In this document: positions 12,911-25,046 of the stretch, in pieces
Layout of the letters: each line of letters opens with the position of its first letter
Position numbering within the stretch: the first letter of the stretch is position 1
Source: Curvularia clavata
Taxonomy: Eukaryota
Direction: 5' to 3'
Assembly (NCBI GenBank): GCA_023920165.1
Contig: CP089274.1
Span: 5,022,001-5,086,000 of the forward strand
Length of the DNA: 64,000 bases
The notes under the pieces: model-generated
The model's database searches: none
What the model was told of the DNA's origin: nothing
What the model saw: only the letters and a program-made list of their open reading frames with translations
Made by a program: the position numbers and the translations under genes

Positions 12911-14936
12911 GAACATGAGTAATGTGAGCGATGCATACGAACACTGCCTTGGGTTCTGTTTTTTTGGGAATCATCTCCCACCCTTGGGACTGGCGGGAGG
13001 ACCTGTAGTCGGGGATATTAAAGTTTAGTTAGCGGCACGGAAAGCATACCTCCCGTCCGCGTTACCTTAAAACGTACGATGCCTATCAGCAAGCGATTCA
13101 GTAAAAATGCAACTCAATTTCAAAACTATTCTGTACCATGACGACAGCGGGGATGTTGCTTGCTCTACGCCTCGGTCGTACAATAGTATCTTCAACTGTA
13201 TGATGTATTGTGGCTGTCCAATAAGCTCTGAGTAGTTAGACTTAAGCTTTGTGTTTGACGAATCAGCCAATCAAGCACGATCTCAGGGCAGCTGCACCGG
13301 GTTTCATCGAGTAACACTATTGGCTCCCATGCTAGAGCACCGCACTCGTCAATCGGCTGACATACAGTTGAAAACGCCCGTACCGTTGAAAATACGAGTG
13401 TATTTTCCTAATTAGGCGACCCCACGTGTTTTCACTCTCGATTCCTTGCCTTTGACATCAATTGCATCGTATTCCCGTCTTGCCTTGTTCGCTTCATATT
13501 GTTCGGGATTTTGCACCTAGCCAATCCCAGCTTTGCTCTCTTTGTTCCTCTCCTACACTCCCAGCAGCCTTGCTTATGCAAAGTATGCACGGCGACCTCC
13601 TATACTTACCACGCAAGTAGCGCAAATTTACATCACAAATAAAAGGGAACCAGGATACACCCATGCAACAAAGATTAGGAAAAACAAATGACTCTCCGTC
13701 AGAGGATCGGTCCTTTTGCAAAGTCTCAACTCTCCAAGACCACTTCATCATTATTTTGTAGTGTTTCAAGAGAAGAAAGAATATGCTTAGACTCAACTTT
13801 CTTCGCCGTCTGAGAATGTCTTACCAAAAACAAGCAATCTAGAATTTGCGAAAACGAGACTTTTTGCCTGCATCGCCGCCTACCGTTGCGTCTCTTCTGT
13901 TGTTTAGTATTATCGTGGACGGTTAGGTGGATACTTACCTTCGTGTACGTTCAAACATGCGCAATGCTTTTTTCTGTCGTATCGAGCAGGTAGAGCTAGG
14001 TTAAGAAATGACGATATCATAAATGAAATGGCTTAATTTACTAGACAAGTGGAGCGTACGCGTGTACCACAGCTGCGATAGAATCGCCGAATGAAAATGC
14101 GAAAGCATCTAGACAAGGATTTTGCGACTCAGGAAAGATAGCGCTAGCTCTATACTGCTTCGTCATGATGGTGTAGTGGAAAATTCAACCACTTTCCTTT
14201 TCTAGAGGCGTTGTCCACGTTCACACTAGCTGCGCCTTTTCTCACTCTTCTCACTACCTTACTGCTTGCGTTCTGGTATCTGTTGTTGGCTTACAGTCGC
14301 CACAGAATCCAGAGCAGAGTGTGTTGATTCGAACCCAAGAAAAACAATATAGCTCATTTCTCCTCGCATACTTGCACATCATCATCGCGATCGTAGAAAG
14401 AAAAGAAAAGTAGAACAGTACCCAACACCGTAAATAATAAGGCCGTAACGGAGATATTTGCCCAATGCTGCAGTCCTGATTCGCTGGCTCATTTGCTTTC
14501 CTATTTCAGCTTTCCCTATTATGGGCGGCTATTCCAACAGAACTGATTACAACTCACAAGCCCCAGATGCACTCTTTTGCTTTATTTCCTTCTTCTTCCC
14601 GGAATGGCCTGATGCATATCGGTCAGCGCGATGCAGCCTTACGTGTCGCCAGGATATCCGCGCTTCGGTACCAAAGTACTTCAGTAGTAATCGGTCGGCC
14701 ACTTCCACCCGCACACTTACCAAACTTCCCTGCTACACTAAGCGTTTCCCTTTGACCCCTCCAGCATTCAAAAAACAAAATATTCAATCAAAAAACAGCT
14801 TTTACCCGTTATGCTCTCATTTCGGCACATTCCTCTGCTTGGCCCCACTACCTATATTTCCTTTTTCTTCGTCCCCTCCTTCATCCACCCCTTATCTGCA
14901 GTGTCTACTTCCCACCACTCAGGCGACGCAATATAC

Positions 14937-16093
14937 TCAACACACCATCCCCCCATCGATCTGATACACCGATCCGGTCACAAAGCTCGCCTCGGTACTC
15001 AGCAAGAAGCGAATTACTTTCGCGACTTCATCGGGGCGCGCGCGCCGCCCTAGCACTGCATCGTTCGGCAGCGCGAAGCCCAGCTCCGCATCGAGAGCAT
15101 GCATGAGGGGCGTGTCTACAAAGCCACTACCGAAATGTCGTAAGTAGACTATTCGCGCCGCAATAATCAATCCGCGGCTTGCTGTCCCGCACGCACGTGC
15201 GCACATTCATCAGTTGCGGCGTTCGTACGTGCAGCTCGGGTATGCACGTCAAGGACGGCGAGCGCGATGTAGGTATCCACCAGAGAAGAAGGAGAAGAAG
15301 CGGGAGTGGAGAAGCAAAAGCAACACCAGAAAAGAAGAACAAGCTACTTACGGCGCAATAGCGTTGATTCGAATACCTGATTCCGATTGCTCGCGCGCAG
15401 CGGCTTTGGTAAGACCTATGACTGCGTGTTTCGAAGCGCAATAGATGGAGCAATTGGGCTTGCCCACGAGACCGGTTATCGAGGCTGCATTGACGATGGA
15501 GCCGCCTGGTAGTCCGTCCTTCGCGACACGCATGTTTCGCAGTTCGGCGGACATGCAGTTAAAGGTGCCTTCGACATTGACGGAGAAGACGGCTGCGTAG
15601 TTGGTGGCGTCGTGGTCTTTGGCGGACGCGAGACGGCCTGAGATACCGGCGAGGTTCACGGCACCTGTTTTTTTGGTGTAGCGTGTTAGTCGGTGCTGTG
15701 TTTTTATCAAGGCATTTTGAGCAGAGAAGCTCTAAGCATAGATGTTTTTCATTTTCTCCAGAAGCGTGCTTACTTACCGTCGATACAGTCCATCCCCCAC
15801 TGTGAAGCCGCATGACCCAACCATTCCTCTACTTCCTCCCTCTTCGTAACATCAACTTTGTATCCTTTTGCGTTCTCTCCTAGCTCAGCTGCAAATTGCA
15901 TAACAGCACTTTCGTCCCTGTCCGCGAGCGAGACTTTGGCTCCGCTTGCGACGAGAAGTTGAGCCGTTGCGCGGCCGATGCCTGATGCTGCTCCCGTGAT
16001 GGCAAAAAGCCGGCCCTGAATATAGTGCAGATTTCCAGTGGAGCTCCCAGAAGTTGTTTCATGGCTCTGAGAAGGCTTCGGGGTTTGCATCAT
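14937..16093 (-). CDS. Classical short-chain dehydrogenase/reductase (SDR); 3 exons
   Basis: TGAASGIG (TGxxxGIG), VNLAG, IVNAAS, catalytic YCASK (YxxxK), IRINAIAP, and [14 protein letters not shown] at the C-terminus. Confidence 0.9.
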
Positions 16094-16699
16094 GGGAAAT
16101 GTGTCTCCTGCTGATATGGGCGATGTAGGATGTGGTATGAGCGCGTTTGATGGAAGGGTGCAGCTACTGAATGAGACACAAGTAATGAGGAATATCGATG
16201 TGTTCAAAGTATCGGATCGCTGCCATGAAGTGGTTGAGATACTTGCTCTGTTCGCTGCTACCACCTATTCTTGCGATGAGGTGGGGAGCCGACTATGCAG
16301 CTGCCGTGCTTCTTACAGTGCTCTCCGATACATATGCTGCGTGCCACTTCATACTCTACATGCCGCAAAAACATTTTCGAACTCTCTCTCTCCGCCTTTA
16401 GTCGTATATCCTCATACTTTAATCTCTTTCCACATTTTACAGAATGGCCAATTTTCGGAGTGACGTCCTTGGACTCACTCCTGGTTAGCTCAAGTGACAC
16501 AAAGGTCGGTTGTGCCGCAGGATAAACTTCGTGTGTGATTTTCCTACACCTAAGGGAGAGACGGAAGCGTTGTGTAAAGTGATACGTAATTCTAGACGGA
16601 GTGATCTCCGGTCACCACTTTTGCTTCTCTCAATACCACAGCTTTTTTTTCTTACTCCATTACTCATCTCTCGCTGGCTGAAGAGCTGACATAGTCAAT

Positions 16700-19600
16700 T
16701 CCCATTTAATCCCTCCATCTCCGTTGCACGAGAAACCCTGGGGACTTCAGCATGGTTTTGGCCGCCGACAGCCTCATATATTCCGGACAGCGTGCTTGTT
16801 CTATAGTCATGCCTCATTCGCCGATGGCAGACTGGATGAATTAAGTGTGAATATTATGAAAACATGTTGGGTGTAACTTACTGAATATCCGTTTACGCAG
16901 TTGTACCAGTGTTCAGAGTGTGTTGTAATTCGTCCTGGTCTACTAACCATTGCTGTTTTGATAGCTTCCAGTTTTTCCTTTAAAACTCCCTTGTAAGACT
17001 CCTTATTTGGCATCTCTTTTGAGGTTACTATGGCTTGCAGCAGGGCATATCGACCGCGGAAAGGGTGTTTGCAAAACTCCATCGCCTCTGTCAAAGACTT
17101 TTGGCGGTGCTGCGGCAATTCATTGCTTGCGTACGACCAGTACGTATCCTTGGCAACTCCAACGTAGGTGAACATCTGATCAATGCGGGCATAATATAAG
17201 AACGTCTCAACGTCAAGCTTAGATAGCTTTATCTTAAAGGCCATATTATTCGTGGTGCTGTGCATGATGGCTTGGTACAGCTTGTACGTCAGTTAATGTT
17301 GAGGTCCACTCTGAGTCTGAATGACTTCACAACATTCAATAACTCAGGTCTTTTCAAATATCTCTGAGCATATAGTAGATGTATATCACCATCAACTTGT
17401 CAGGAATTTCACTGCTAGCCAGAATTGGAGATGCAGGAATGGCAGTTGCCCGCGATGCTTCGAAGTTGGTTCGCTGAGCATTAAGCCTGGCCCCTAGCAA
17501 CTGAAGCTTCCGTTATCCACGGATGATGAAACGTTTGGACATAACGTCCAGGATAGCTCGGTTGATAAGGCGGTTGTAGCGCTGCGTAACGTGCTGCCTG
17601 ATGGGTTCTTTGCAGTTTGCTGAAAGCTCAGCTTTCTCAATCAGGCAGATGAATTTGCCTTTCTTCTCATCTACATCGTATACGTATTTTAGGCGCACAA
17701 GGACATCCAGAGTTTCAATTGTAAAAAATTGACCACAGCCCAGGACAACTATGGGTGTTTCGTTGAGATTAACGGTGGGATAATGTGACATCATGATCAT
17801 ATCTGGCTGCTCTTCGGACTTCGTACTACATTGCTGGCAGTAATCGATAGGGCGATCTTCACTACAAAAGGCGGGCCATCGATGGCCACATGGCTGAAGC
17901 CTGGTGCAACGCTCATCGCAGGGTAGGCGATCACAAGGCGCTGAACACGGCATTTTGCAACCACCCTGGTGATCGTATGACCACTGACATGGTTCATTGC
18001 ATGGTTTACAAGGTTCATGGCGCTTCTTTGCATATCGGTTGTGTTTACGTCGTACCTGCAAATGTTAAACGAATGCGTTAGAAGTGTTTGTTTGAGACTT
18101 ACTTCACACTGCTTTTGACACGTTCCACAATCTGATCCATTGTGGCACGCACGCTTGCAATTATGGTTGCAAGTTCCATGTTTTCTTCCCCACGGCTTTT
18201 GAAGTGTGGAATGTTTGACTTGTGGTTGACCATAGACGTCTTTGGTATTGCAGTGACCGTAAGTGCGGGGGCAGGAATGGCGGCAGGGCAGCAACGATTT
18301 GCACGGTGTAGGGCATCTGGCAAATTTTTGGGAATCATCCAAAGAGAACTTGAAAATCGCATCGTGTCCACAGCCCGGCATTCGTTTGCGGGCTTTCGCG
18401 TCGCAAGTGATGATAGCGATATCTTGAGTGAGGTGACAACGGACCGCATACTTGAAATGACCACATGGAATCTGTGTATTGTCCAACAGAACCATGAATT
18501 TGCCGCAGGGCTCTCTGCACCTAGCCTTCTGACATGGATGGTTACAGGGCCGGTGTCGACGTTGACACGGCTGCTCGCGCTGGAACGCTAGATGCATGGT
18601 TTCTGAATGACATCTTGCTCCGCATCGACGACCACAATCCAGTCGGTCAATACACGCTTGAATACAGCCACCTTCGGGACTGTGTTGGTGGAAGTCATCT
18701 GGCTCTTGCACTTCAATAGGCATCGCAGGGTGTCGAGGGCAGGACAAAGCGAATTTCGTACCGACACGACCGGCAGCTTGGAGGATGGTGATGACTTTCT
18801 GTCACATTTCAATGCTTGTGTACGTTTCCGTATTGCCGAAGAGATACCTCCCGTGCTTGGCGCAGCTGAGAAGTACATTAATACGATTGGGTGTCTTAAG
18901 AAACCCAACTTTCTGTTTGTCATTGCTTCGTACCAGTGAGATGGTGACGATCTTCGTTTCCTCTCCTAGGATGTTATCAACAGTGGCAATTCTCAACAAT
19001 TCGGAAGCTTCTTTTTCTCTAATATCGCGCCATTACCTGCTCTGAATTTAAGTGATCCCTATTTTTTCCGGTGCGTCGTCCTCAATTACAAACCCATCAT
19101 TCTCTAATACTTCTCCGTCGCGGCCGCTGAGGTAAACCTCGAACTCTCTCCTCATGGTGGACTGTAACTCTTGAAGCTGATCAGTACATGGTGTCAGAAT
19201 CGCAATATCGCCAAGTTTATATATGCCTTGGCGAACAACGTGTCGCACGAGTGCATGTACCATCTCAACTTCTCACGAGTTCGACATGAACTTATTGATA
19301 TGAGAATTGTCAGCAACCTGATCTTCGAATCTCTTGTGGTCGAACCAGAAGACCTTATAGCGCACAGAAACTACATCAAGTAGATTGATGGTGGAGGGAT
19401 GGTCTCAGATTTTCCTGTATATGGTTTCGCGAATCAGTAAAGATATTCGTGGGCGCATTCTGTGTTGAACATTGAGTTGAGCAACGGATATCAACGGCCG
19501 TTCAGGTTGACTAATACGAAGTCTTTCGAACTGGCTTCTGTCGAGCTGGTGAAGCTTTCTTCGTTCGCTCTCAATTGAAAGATCCTGGAAGTTGTTTACT

Positions 19601-19700
19601 GAAAGCCGAAGTTGCGGATGATCACCAATCTGTATCACATGTGTATTGTCTGACAGTAGCGCAGATATCATATGGCTCTCCATCACGTCCTTTGCTTTTT
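16700..19700 (-). pseudogene. Truncated, degenerate ZNFX1-like gene (UPF1-like SF1 helicase C-terminal half, NF-X1-type Cys-rich fingers, RZ-type finger)
   Basis: Helicase motif remnants IGDHPQLR, SQFERL, LNVQHRMRP, IATVDNILGEE and NRINVLLSCAKHG, then CPRHP and long C/H-rich repeats, then HWYNCVNG...AIGE*GM.IEQARCPE..VGGQNH. In-frame stops at 19405, 19273, 19048, 18802 and 16814, apparent frameshifts, and no Walker A or N-terminal half. Confidence 0.85.
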
Positions 19701-19993
19701 ATAGCCCTTACAGCTCTACTTGTAAAAGTAGCTGTAGTTGTCACAAATATTTGTTACTGTGTCAACAGCGTAGGTGAGCTCGTTTTGATACAATGTTCAA
19801 GTTCAACACTATCTCCAATTGCAGCCTTGTGGTATATCCTCCCTTTTTCTGACTGATACATGGTATGAAATAAAGGAAAATGTAATCTGAATAGTAATAC
19901 ACAGTCTTGGCGCCATTATGCTCATCCCAAACTCCTAGTCGCTCACGCAACACAAACATGTTGATTTAATTCTCCCACAGGAGTGTCAGGCGC

Positions 19994-21493
19994 TTAGTAC
20001 TTTTGCCGTCCCAGTGTTGGTTTCCAGTCCAAAGGATGCGTCTCCTCAGTGGCATCCTCATCCTGCTTCCATATCTTGATTGACTTGTCGGACTCACCAG
20101 TGATGAGACGAAGGCCGGTCTTGTCAAAAGTCGAGCACATGATTCCTGCTTCTGCTTCGAGGGAACCAGGTTGTGCGATGCTCTCTGTGTGTTGGAAGCG
20201 GTGACCAGTTTTCCAGTCATAGAAGGAGACTTCACCGTTGTCACTGCCAGCAAACATCATGTTATCCTCGTTTACCGCAAGTGTATTGATGATGCTGTTG
20301 ACAGGAGAGAAGTTTTGCATAAAGTCTCCGTTGGGGCATAGCCACTGCTTCGCGGATTGTGCAGAGCCAGAGGCGAAGGTGAACTCTGTGGGATGTATGG
20401 CCAGAGCGCGAACAGACTTCTTGTGGTGAGTCAACACGGTTCTAGTCTTTCCTGCGACGAGGTCCCAGAGTCGAATGGTGCTGTCCATGCTTCCGGAAAT
20501 AACTTGCGGTTCGGCTTCTTGACATTGGATCGACGAGATTGTTCCTTTATGGCCACCGAGGACGTGAATGTTGCTGCGTGTGCGCATGTCCCACACACGG
20601 ACTACACCATCTCGCCCTCCTGTGCACAACACGTCTACAGTTGGGTGGAGCGAAAGGGAGTAGACTCCACTCAGGTGGCCGTGGTAATGTCGGATTACTT
20701 TGTTAGTCTCTAGGTCCCAGCACTTGACCATCTTGTCTTCGCCACAGGAAAAGAGATACGGGTGCCTTGGGCTCACCGCAAGGCCTCTGACTGCCGAAAT
20801 ATGTCCTGTGAGGGTAATTTTCAATCGACCGCTCACAAGATCCCAGAGCTTGATGGTGCGGTCCGCTGCACCAGTTGCAAACCATTCGTTTCCAGGCTCC
20901 ATGGCCACCGAACGCACCCAACCCATGTGACCGCTGATGACCGTCTTGACTTTCCAAGGAGCATGCCATTCAGGCTTCGCCTGTCTGACCACGTCCTTCC
21001 TAACCAGCGAGCTGGATGTTGGGTCTCTGTTCGGTGTAGGCCCTTGTGCGTTTGGAGCGGCGCCTTTTCCTCCAGCTCGTACTGCCAATTGCATCGATTG
21101 CGCGTCGCGCGCCTTGTCGGCCCTATCTGAGACTCCCTCAATCATCTTCTGCATCTTAGGGTCTGAAGCCTTCTCCTCGGCGTTCTGAGCCTTAATCTTC
21201 TTGCGGCGCTCCGCTGCTGTAGACGCTGCGCTTGCCATCTTTGCTGCAAGAGCAGGTGGCAGTTCGCGTACGTGTTCGTATTCATTGCGAATGCGCGATG
21301 CGACGCCCGCTTGCTCTGCGGCTGTCGAAGGGGCTGGCGAGGTAGGGTGTATAGAGAAGCTACTGTTGGATGCGTGTTCCAGTGCTGCGGACGAAGCAAA
21401 GTCGGCCTGAAATATCTCTCGCGTGCGCTTGGAGGATAACCGTACGAGCTGCTCCGCCGTGCTGGGAGGTCGCGAAGCTGCCGTGTCGGCCAT
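19994..21493 (-). CDS. PRP46: Pre-mRNA splicing factor Prp46 (PLRG1), WD40 repeat; intronless
   Basis: 499-aa ORF with PEWHAPWK...[37 protein letters not shown] and C-terminal EDATEETHP. Confidence 0.95.
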   Translation of the reverse strand: MADTAASRPPSTAEQLVRLSSKRTREIFQADFASSAALEHASNSSFSIHPTSPAPSTAAEQAGVASRIRNEYEHVRELPPALAAKMASAASTAAERRKKIKAQNAEEKASDPKMQKMIEGVSDRADKARDAQSMQLAVRAGGKGAAPNAQGPTPNRDPTSSSLVRKDVVRQAKPEWHAPWKVKTVISGHMGWVRSVAMEPGNEWFATGAADRTIKLWDLVSGRLKITLTGHISAVRGLAVSPRHPYLFSCGEDKMVKCWDLETNKVIRHYHGHLSGVYSLSLHPTVDVLCTGGRDGVVRVWDMRTRSNIHVLGGHKGTISSIQCQEAEPQVISGSMDSTIRLWDLVAGKTRTVLTHHKKSVRALAIHPTEFTFASGSAQSAKQWLCPNGDFMQNFSPVNSIINTLAVNEDNMMFAGSDNGEVSFYDWKTGHRFQHTESIAQPGSLEAEAGIMCSTFDKTGLRLITGESDKSIKIWKQDEDATEETHPLDWKPTLGRQKY

Positions 21494-22283
21494 GATTACG
21501 GACGTTGGCGGGTTTTATCAGAAAAATGCTACACCAAGGAGACAGCGATTCGGATGAAGGCAAAGACAACGGCAGCGACGAGGGGTTCACGTGTAGGGGA
21601 GTTGGCTGTGACTGGAGGCCAACACTTCGTCATGAACTTAAGATCGCGAACGCCGACGGAAGTTTCACTAGCGCGTACCAAGTCGGCACGAGCTCATATC
21701 TCATCTTATCTGATCATCTTATCTTATCTGTACCATTGATATACAAGATGGTAATGCGCAGAAGCTGCTCGACTTTTAAGTTAAGGCTATGGGTAACTAT
21801 GCATGCTTGTCTTGTCCATATGCTTCATCTACAAGATAGATTATTAGTAATCCAGAGCAGGTCTAGTCCCGTATGTGCTCAAATGATTAGTCTTGCGAAA
21901 TACGATGACTGATATTGATGCAATGATGAATATTCAGCGCATAACACTATAGAATATCTTCATTGAAGTACTCAAAAGCTTTTAATTTGGTGGATTCCTG
22001 CCGTTTATGGGTTTGCTTTTCCAGTTTCTATACATAATCACGTGATGATTAGACTTGGCATGGCATCTTGATTCAAGATGGCAAGCATCGCTAATGCACA
22101 TCCCTAACTCCAACTCTTCGTAACGTTGTGATTGCACTATTCATTCCAACCTCTTTCGAATATATGAGCTAGACGACATTCTTGTCTTTCGCTGTATTCC
22201 CCGTACAATGCCAATCAAATTCGCTTCGCTCTACTCGGCGCTATGCCGAGTAGTGCTGGAGAAACTCCGCCTGAATACTGATC

Positions 22284-23260
22284 ATGAAAGACAAGGAACT
22301 ATGCTGCACACCCATGGTTGCTCGTATGAATCCAACAAATAGCGAGATGAGCCTCTCCGCCGCCTTGGCGCTCGGATGTCACGTTCTCATACTCGGATCA
22401 GCCGATGTTCTCCAGACAATGCGCTCACCCAACAGAAGAGTCCTCTCATGCCTGATTGCTCAAACCCAACAACAAAGTTCATTTCGCTTTCCCAGGACTG
22501 ATAGGAATCCAACCAAACTTCGATACATATAGCGCATACTACGTATGGCAGCTGGGATTTGGTATGGACAGTTCAAATGGTCAGGGCGCAGGCAAATACT
22601 CCAGATTTCTATCGGGTTCGATGGAGATCGTCGCAGAGGCGCTCACTTGGGCCTTAGCATTGGAGCTGTTGTCATGCTCCGAGGACACCGCTACACCTTG
22701 CTTGGAATGGCATGTGCGTGCATGCGTACGTACAGGTTTTTCGGACTACGCAAGGATACGACTCAGCGCCACTGATTTGTCGCTGTTCAGGTCCTGTGCC
22801 GCTGCGGCGCAAATTATGTAAACGATGAAGCCGTTCATTGGAGTGCTGCTAATGAACTTAATGCGCGCTGCTCAATCCCTACTCAAAGCCATCGACGCAG
22901 AGCCAGCCCTTGGAGACATGGAAAAGGTCTTTGGCTGTCTTGTGGACTCTCTCTTGCTTCTCACAGGCTCAGGGACAATGCTTGTTTCCCCAGATTTCCC
23001 GGGTTCTCCGCTTTACAGCTCCATCTTCCAAGCTGTTTTGCTTGGGGCCGCCAGACAAAAGCACATGCTGCCGAGGAAGTCGATGCTACGCGCAGACCGA
23101 GCCGTCAGATCTTTCCATACAAGGAAGCTGTCTCCGCATAAGAATGACGCAGGAACGCACAAGCCTCGCCGTTCAAAGATCGCGTTGCTTGGCCATTGAC
23201 ATTGACTACATCGCATCAAACGACAAGCGGTCGCTCGATGACCAAAAAGCAAAGCCGACT
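22284..23260 (+). pseudogene. Possible degenerate ORF of unknown family
   Basis: ORFs 22456-22821 and 22825-23199 are in the same frame and separated by a single TAA (ATG TAA ACG ATG). The composition looks globular-protein-like but I recognise no motif. Confidence 0.3.
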
Positions 23261-23596
23261 TGAGAAGACTATCTTACAGAAAGACGCAGGTACGGCAAGC
23301 CTACCAGTCTCACGCCACTCAAATCGCCTTGCCAAAATCCTTCACGCACAGTGTACGCTGGGGGCCATTCGGATGACACATCCGGGCGGGTGGAGGACTA
23401 GGATTCTCAGCCATTTCCAAACGGCTTTAGCCAGAAAGGGACGCATGTTGGCTATCCCGGATGTTTGACCAAGAATGGGAACTCAGGGTTGCGGGGTTGC
23501 AACAACGGGCTCTGTAGTCGCACATCACATGTAGAGCCCCCTTTCCCAAGGGCTTCGATGCATCGGTCCGCAGGAAATTGTTTATTTCGCGTACTG

Positions 23597-23832
23597 ATTG
23601 GCATATTACATGCGTTTTGGCAAACACCCCGCGACTGCCAATGCTGCCCCGGATTTCCTCGTTGGCGCCAATCCTGGACAGGTTAATGTCCGGGCCACAT
23701 CCGCACCACTTCCAATCAACAGCCCACATCCAACAGCCTGTAGTCTTCCAGGCCCTGCACCGGCCAATCCAATCAGCCTTTGGCCCCTGAACAGACCCCG
23801 GGACCAATGTTGTGACCCTGCGGCGAGCCAAT
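23597..23832. promoter_or_regulatory. Cluster of 8 CCAAT boxes upstream of the CFEM gene
   Basis: ATTGG at 23597; CCAAT at 23638, 23668, 23712, 23764, 23769, 23804 and 23828. TATA-like TATAAA at about 24252. Confidence 0.55.
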
Positions 23833-24367
23833 GACGTCTCATTATGATCTCGGGGGATCGCGGCTTGGCTCAACACAATAAAGTACTACACACCATGCTC
23901 GTGTGTTTGCCAGCAGCCAGCAACAAGGTCTGGGGGCTGACGCGGCAATGCATCCCTTCCAGGCATCTGGATCTGCCATCCATCATTTGCTGATTCCACC
24001 CGGCGCCTGTTTTCCGCACTCAATAAACTTCGCCGTCTGCAGTTCCGTGCATGCAGCCGCAACTAGTGGATTAGTCTGGGGTAGGGTCACCTAGCGTTGC
24101 CATATCGAGCAATACCTCCAGCAGTTTTTCGAAGATCTTGATGGAGGCAAGAATCCTAATGTGACAAAGACCAGTTTGTGGAGCCAAACCCTACCGATGT
24201 ACAGGCCTATTCCCTTGTTCAGACATGGGGCGCCTCATGACCCTAATGTCATATAAAGAGTCTCTTGTAGCCTCCTCTGCTCCTATCCACAAACCCTACT
24301 GTCGTTATATACATACCATTAGCTTTTGCTCCGTCCACAGCTTTACCCAGCCCAAACAACCGCCAAA

Positions 24368-25046
24368 ATGAAGACCTTCACTGTCGCCTCTATCATCGCC
24401 TTGGCCTCTGTTGCCAGCGCTCAGCTCGACAACATCCCCCAGTGCGCTGTAAGTCTTCCACAATCCATGTTGCTTTTACGCCCCAAGTAAATTTGTACTA
24501 ATATCAAACTAGCTTGCCTGCTTCGTCGGTCCCCTCACCAGCGACGGCTGCGCAGCCCTCACCGACTTTGCCTGCCACTGCAAGAAGGGTGACGAGCTCC
24601 TTTCCAAGGTCCAGCCCTGCGTCCAGGGTGCCTGCTCTGCTGCCGATCAGCAAAAGGCCATCGAAGCCGTCGAGTCTACTTGCAAGGCCGCTGGTGTTCC
24701 AATCACCATCCCTGGCAGCGGTGCCGCCTCCAGCGCTGCTCCCTCCAGCGCCGCGGCTGCCTCATCTCAGGCTAGCTCCGCCGCTGCTCCTTCATCTTCC
24801 GCAGCTGCCGCGACCTCTGTCATCTCCTCTGTCGCTTCTGCCGCCTCCTCCGCAGTCTCATCGGTTATTTCCTCTGCCAAGGGATCCGTCACCCCCGTGC
24901 CCATGCCCACCGTCAACAGCAGCATGCCCTCTGCTTCCGGCTCTGCCAAGCCCTCTTCCGTCTCCGAGTTCACTGGCGCCGCTGCCCAGGCTACCCAGGC
25001 TGTTGGTATCATTGGTGCCGCCGCCCTTGCCATGCTCGCTTTGTAA
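24368..25046 (+). CDS. GPI-anchored CFEM-domain cell-surface protein; 2 exons (24368-24448, 24513-25046)
   Basis: Signal peptide MKTFTVASIIALASVASA, an 8-Cys CFEM (IPQCA|LACFVGPLTSDGCAALTDFACHCKK...QPCVQGAC...ESTC), a Ser/Ala-rich stalk and a GPI signal (FTGAAA...GIIGAAALAMLAL*). It is not present as a correct frame in the ORF track. Confidence 0.92.

Noticed and set aside
13040..13060. CCCGTCCGC resembling part of fungal 5S rRNA
   Set aside because: The flanking sequence does not match 5S.
13931..13940. ATACTTACCT, identical to the U1 snRNA 5' end
   Set aside because: No U1 stem-loop motifs (U1-70K loop, AUUGCAC loop) or Sm site follow. It is better explained as the reverse complement of a splice donor.
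14163..14336. tRNA-like A box (TGGTGTAGTGG) and B box-like GGTTCGAATC
   Set aside because: The two boxes are on opposite strands and no cloverleaf can be folded.
3112..16093. Possible secondary-metabolite cluster (oxidoreductase, MTase-like, transporter, SDR)
   Set aside because: There is no backbone synthase (PKS/NRPS/terpene synthase) or cluster regulator, and the transporter is a housekeeping purine permease.
16700..19700. Idea that TGA-for-Trp stops in the ZNFX1-like gene are rescued by A-to-I editing or readthrough
   Set aside because: Frameshifts, TAA stops, many lost Cys ligands and the missing N-terminal half cannot be rescued this way.
22231..22259. Hairpin followed by CTGG as a Helitron 3' end
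   Set aside because: The spacing and the flanking base do not fit the hairpin-(about 11 nt)-CTRR/T pattern, and there is no Rep/Hel remnant.
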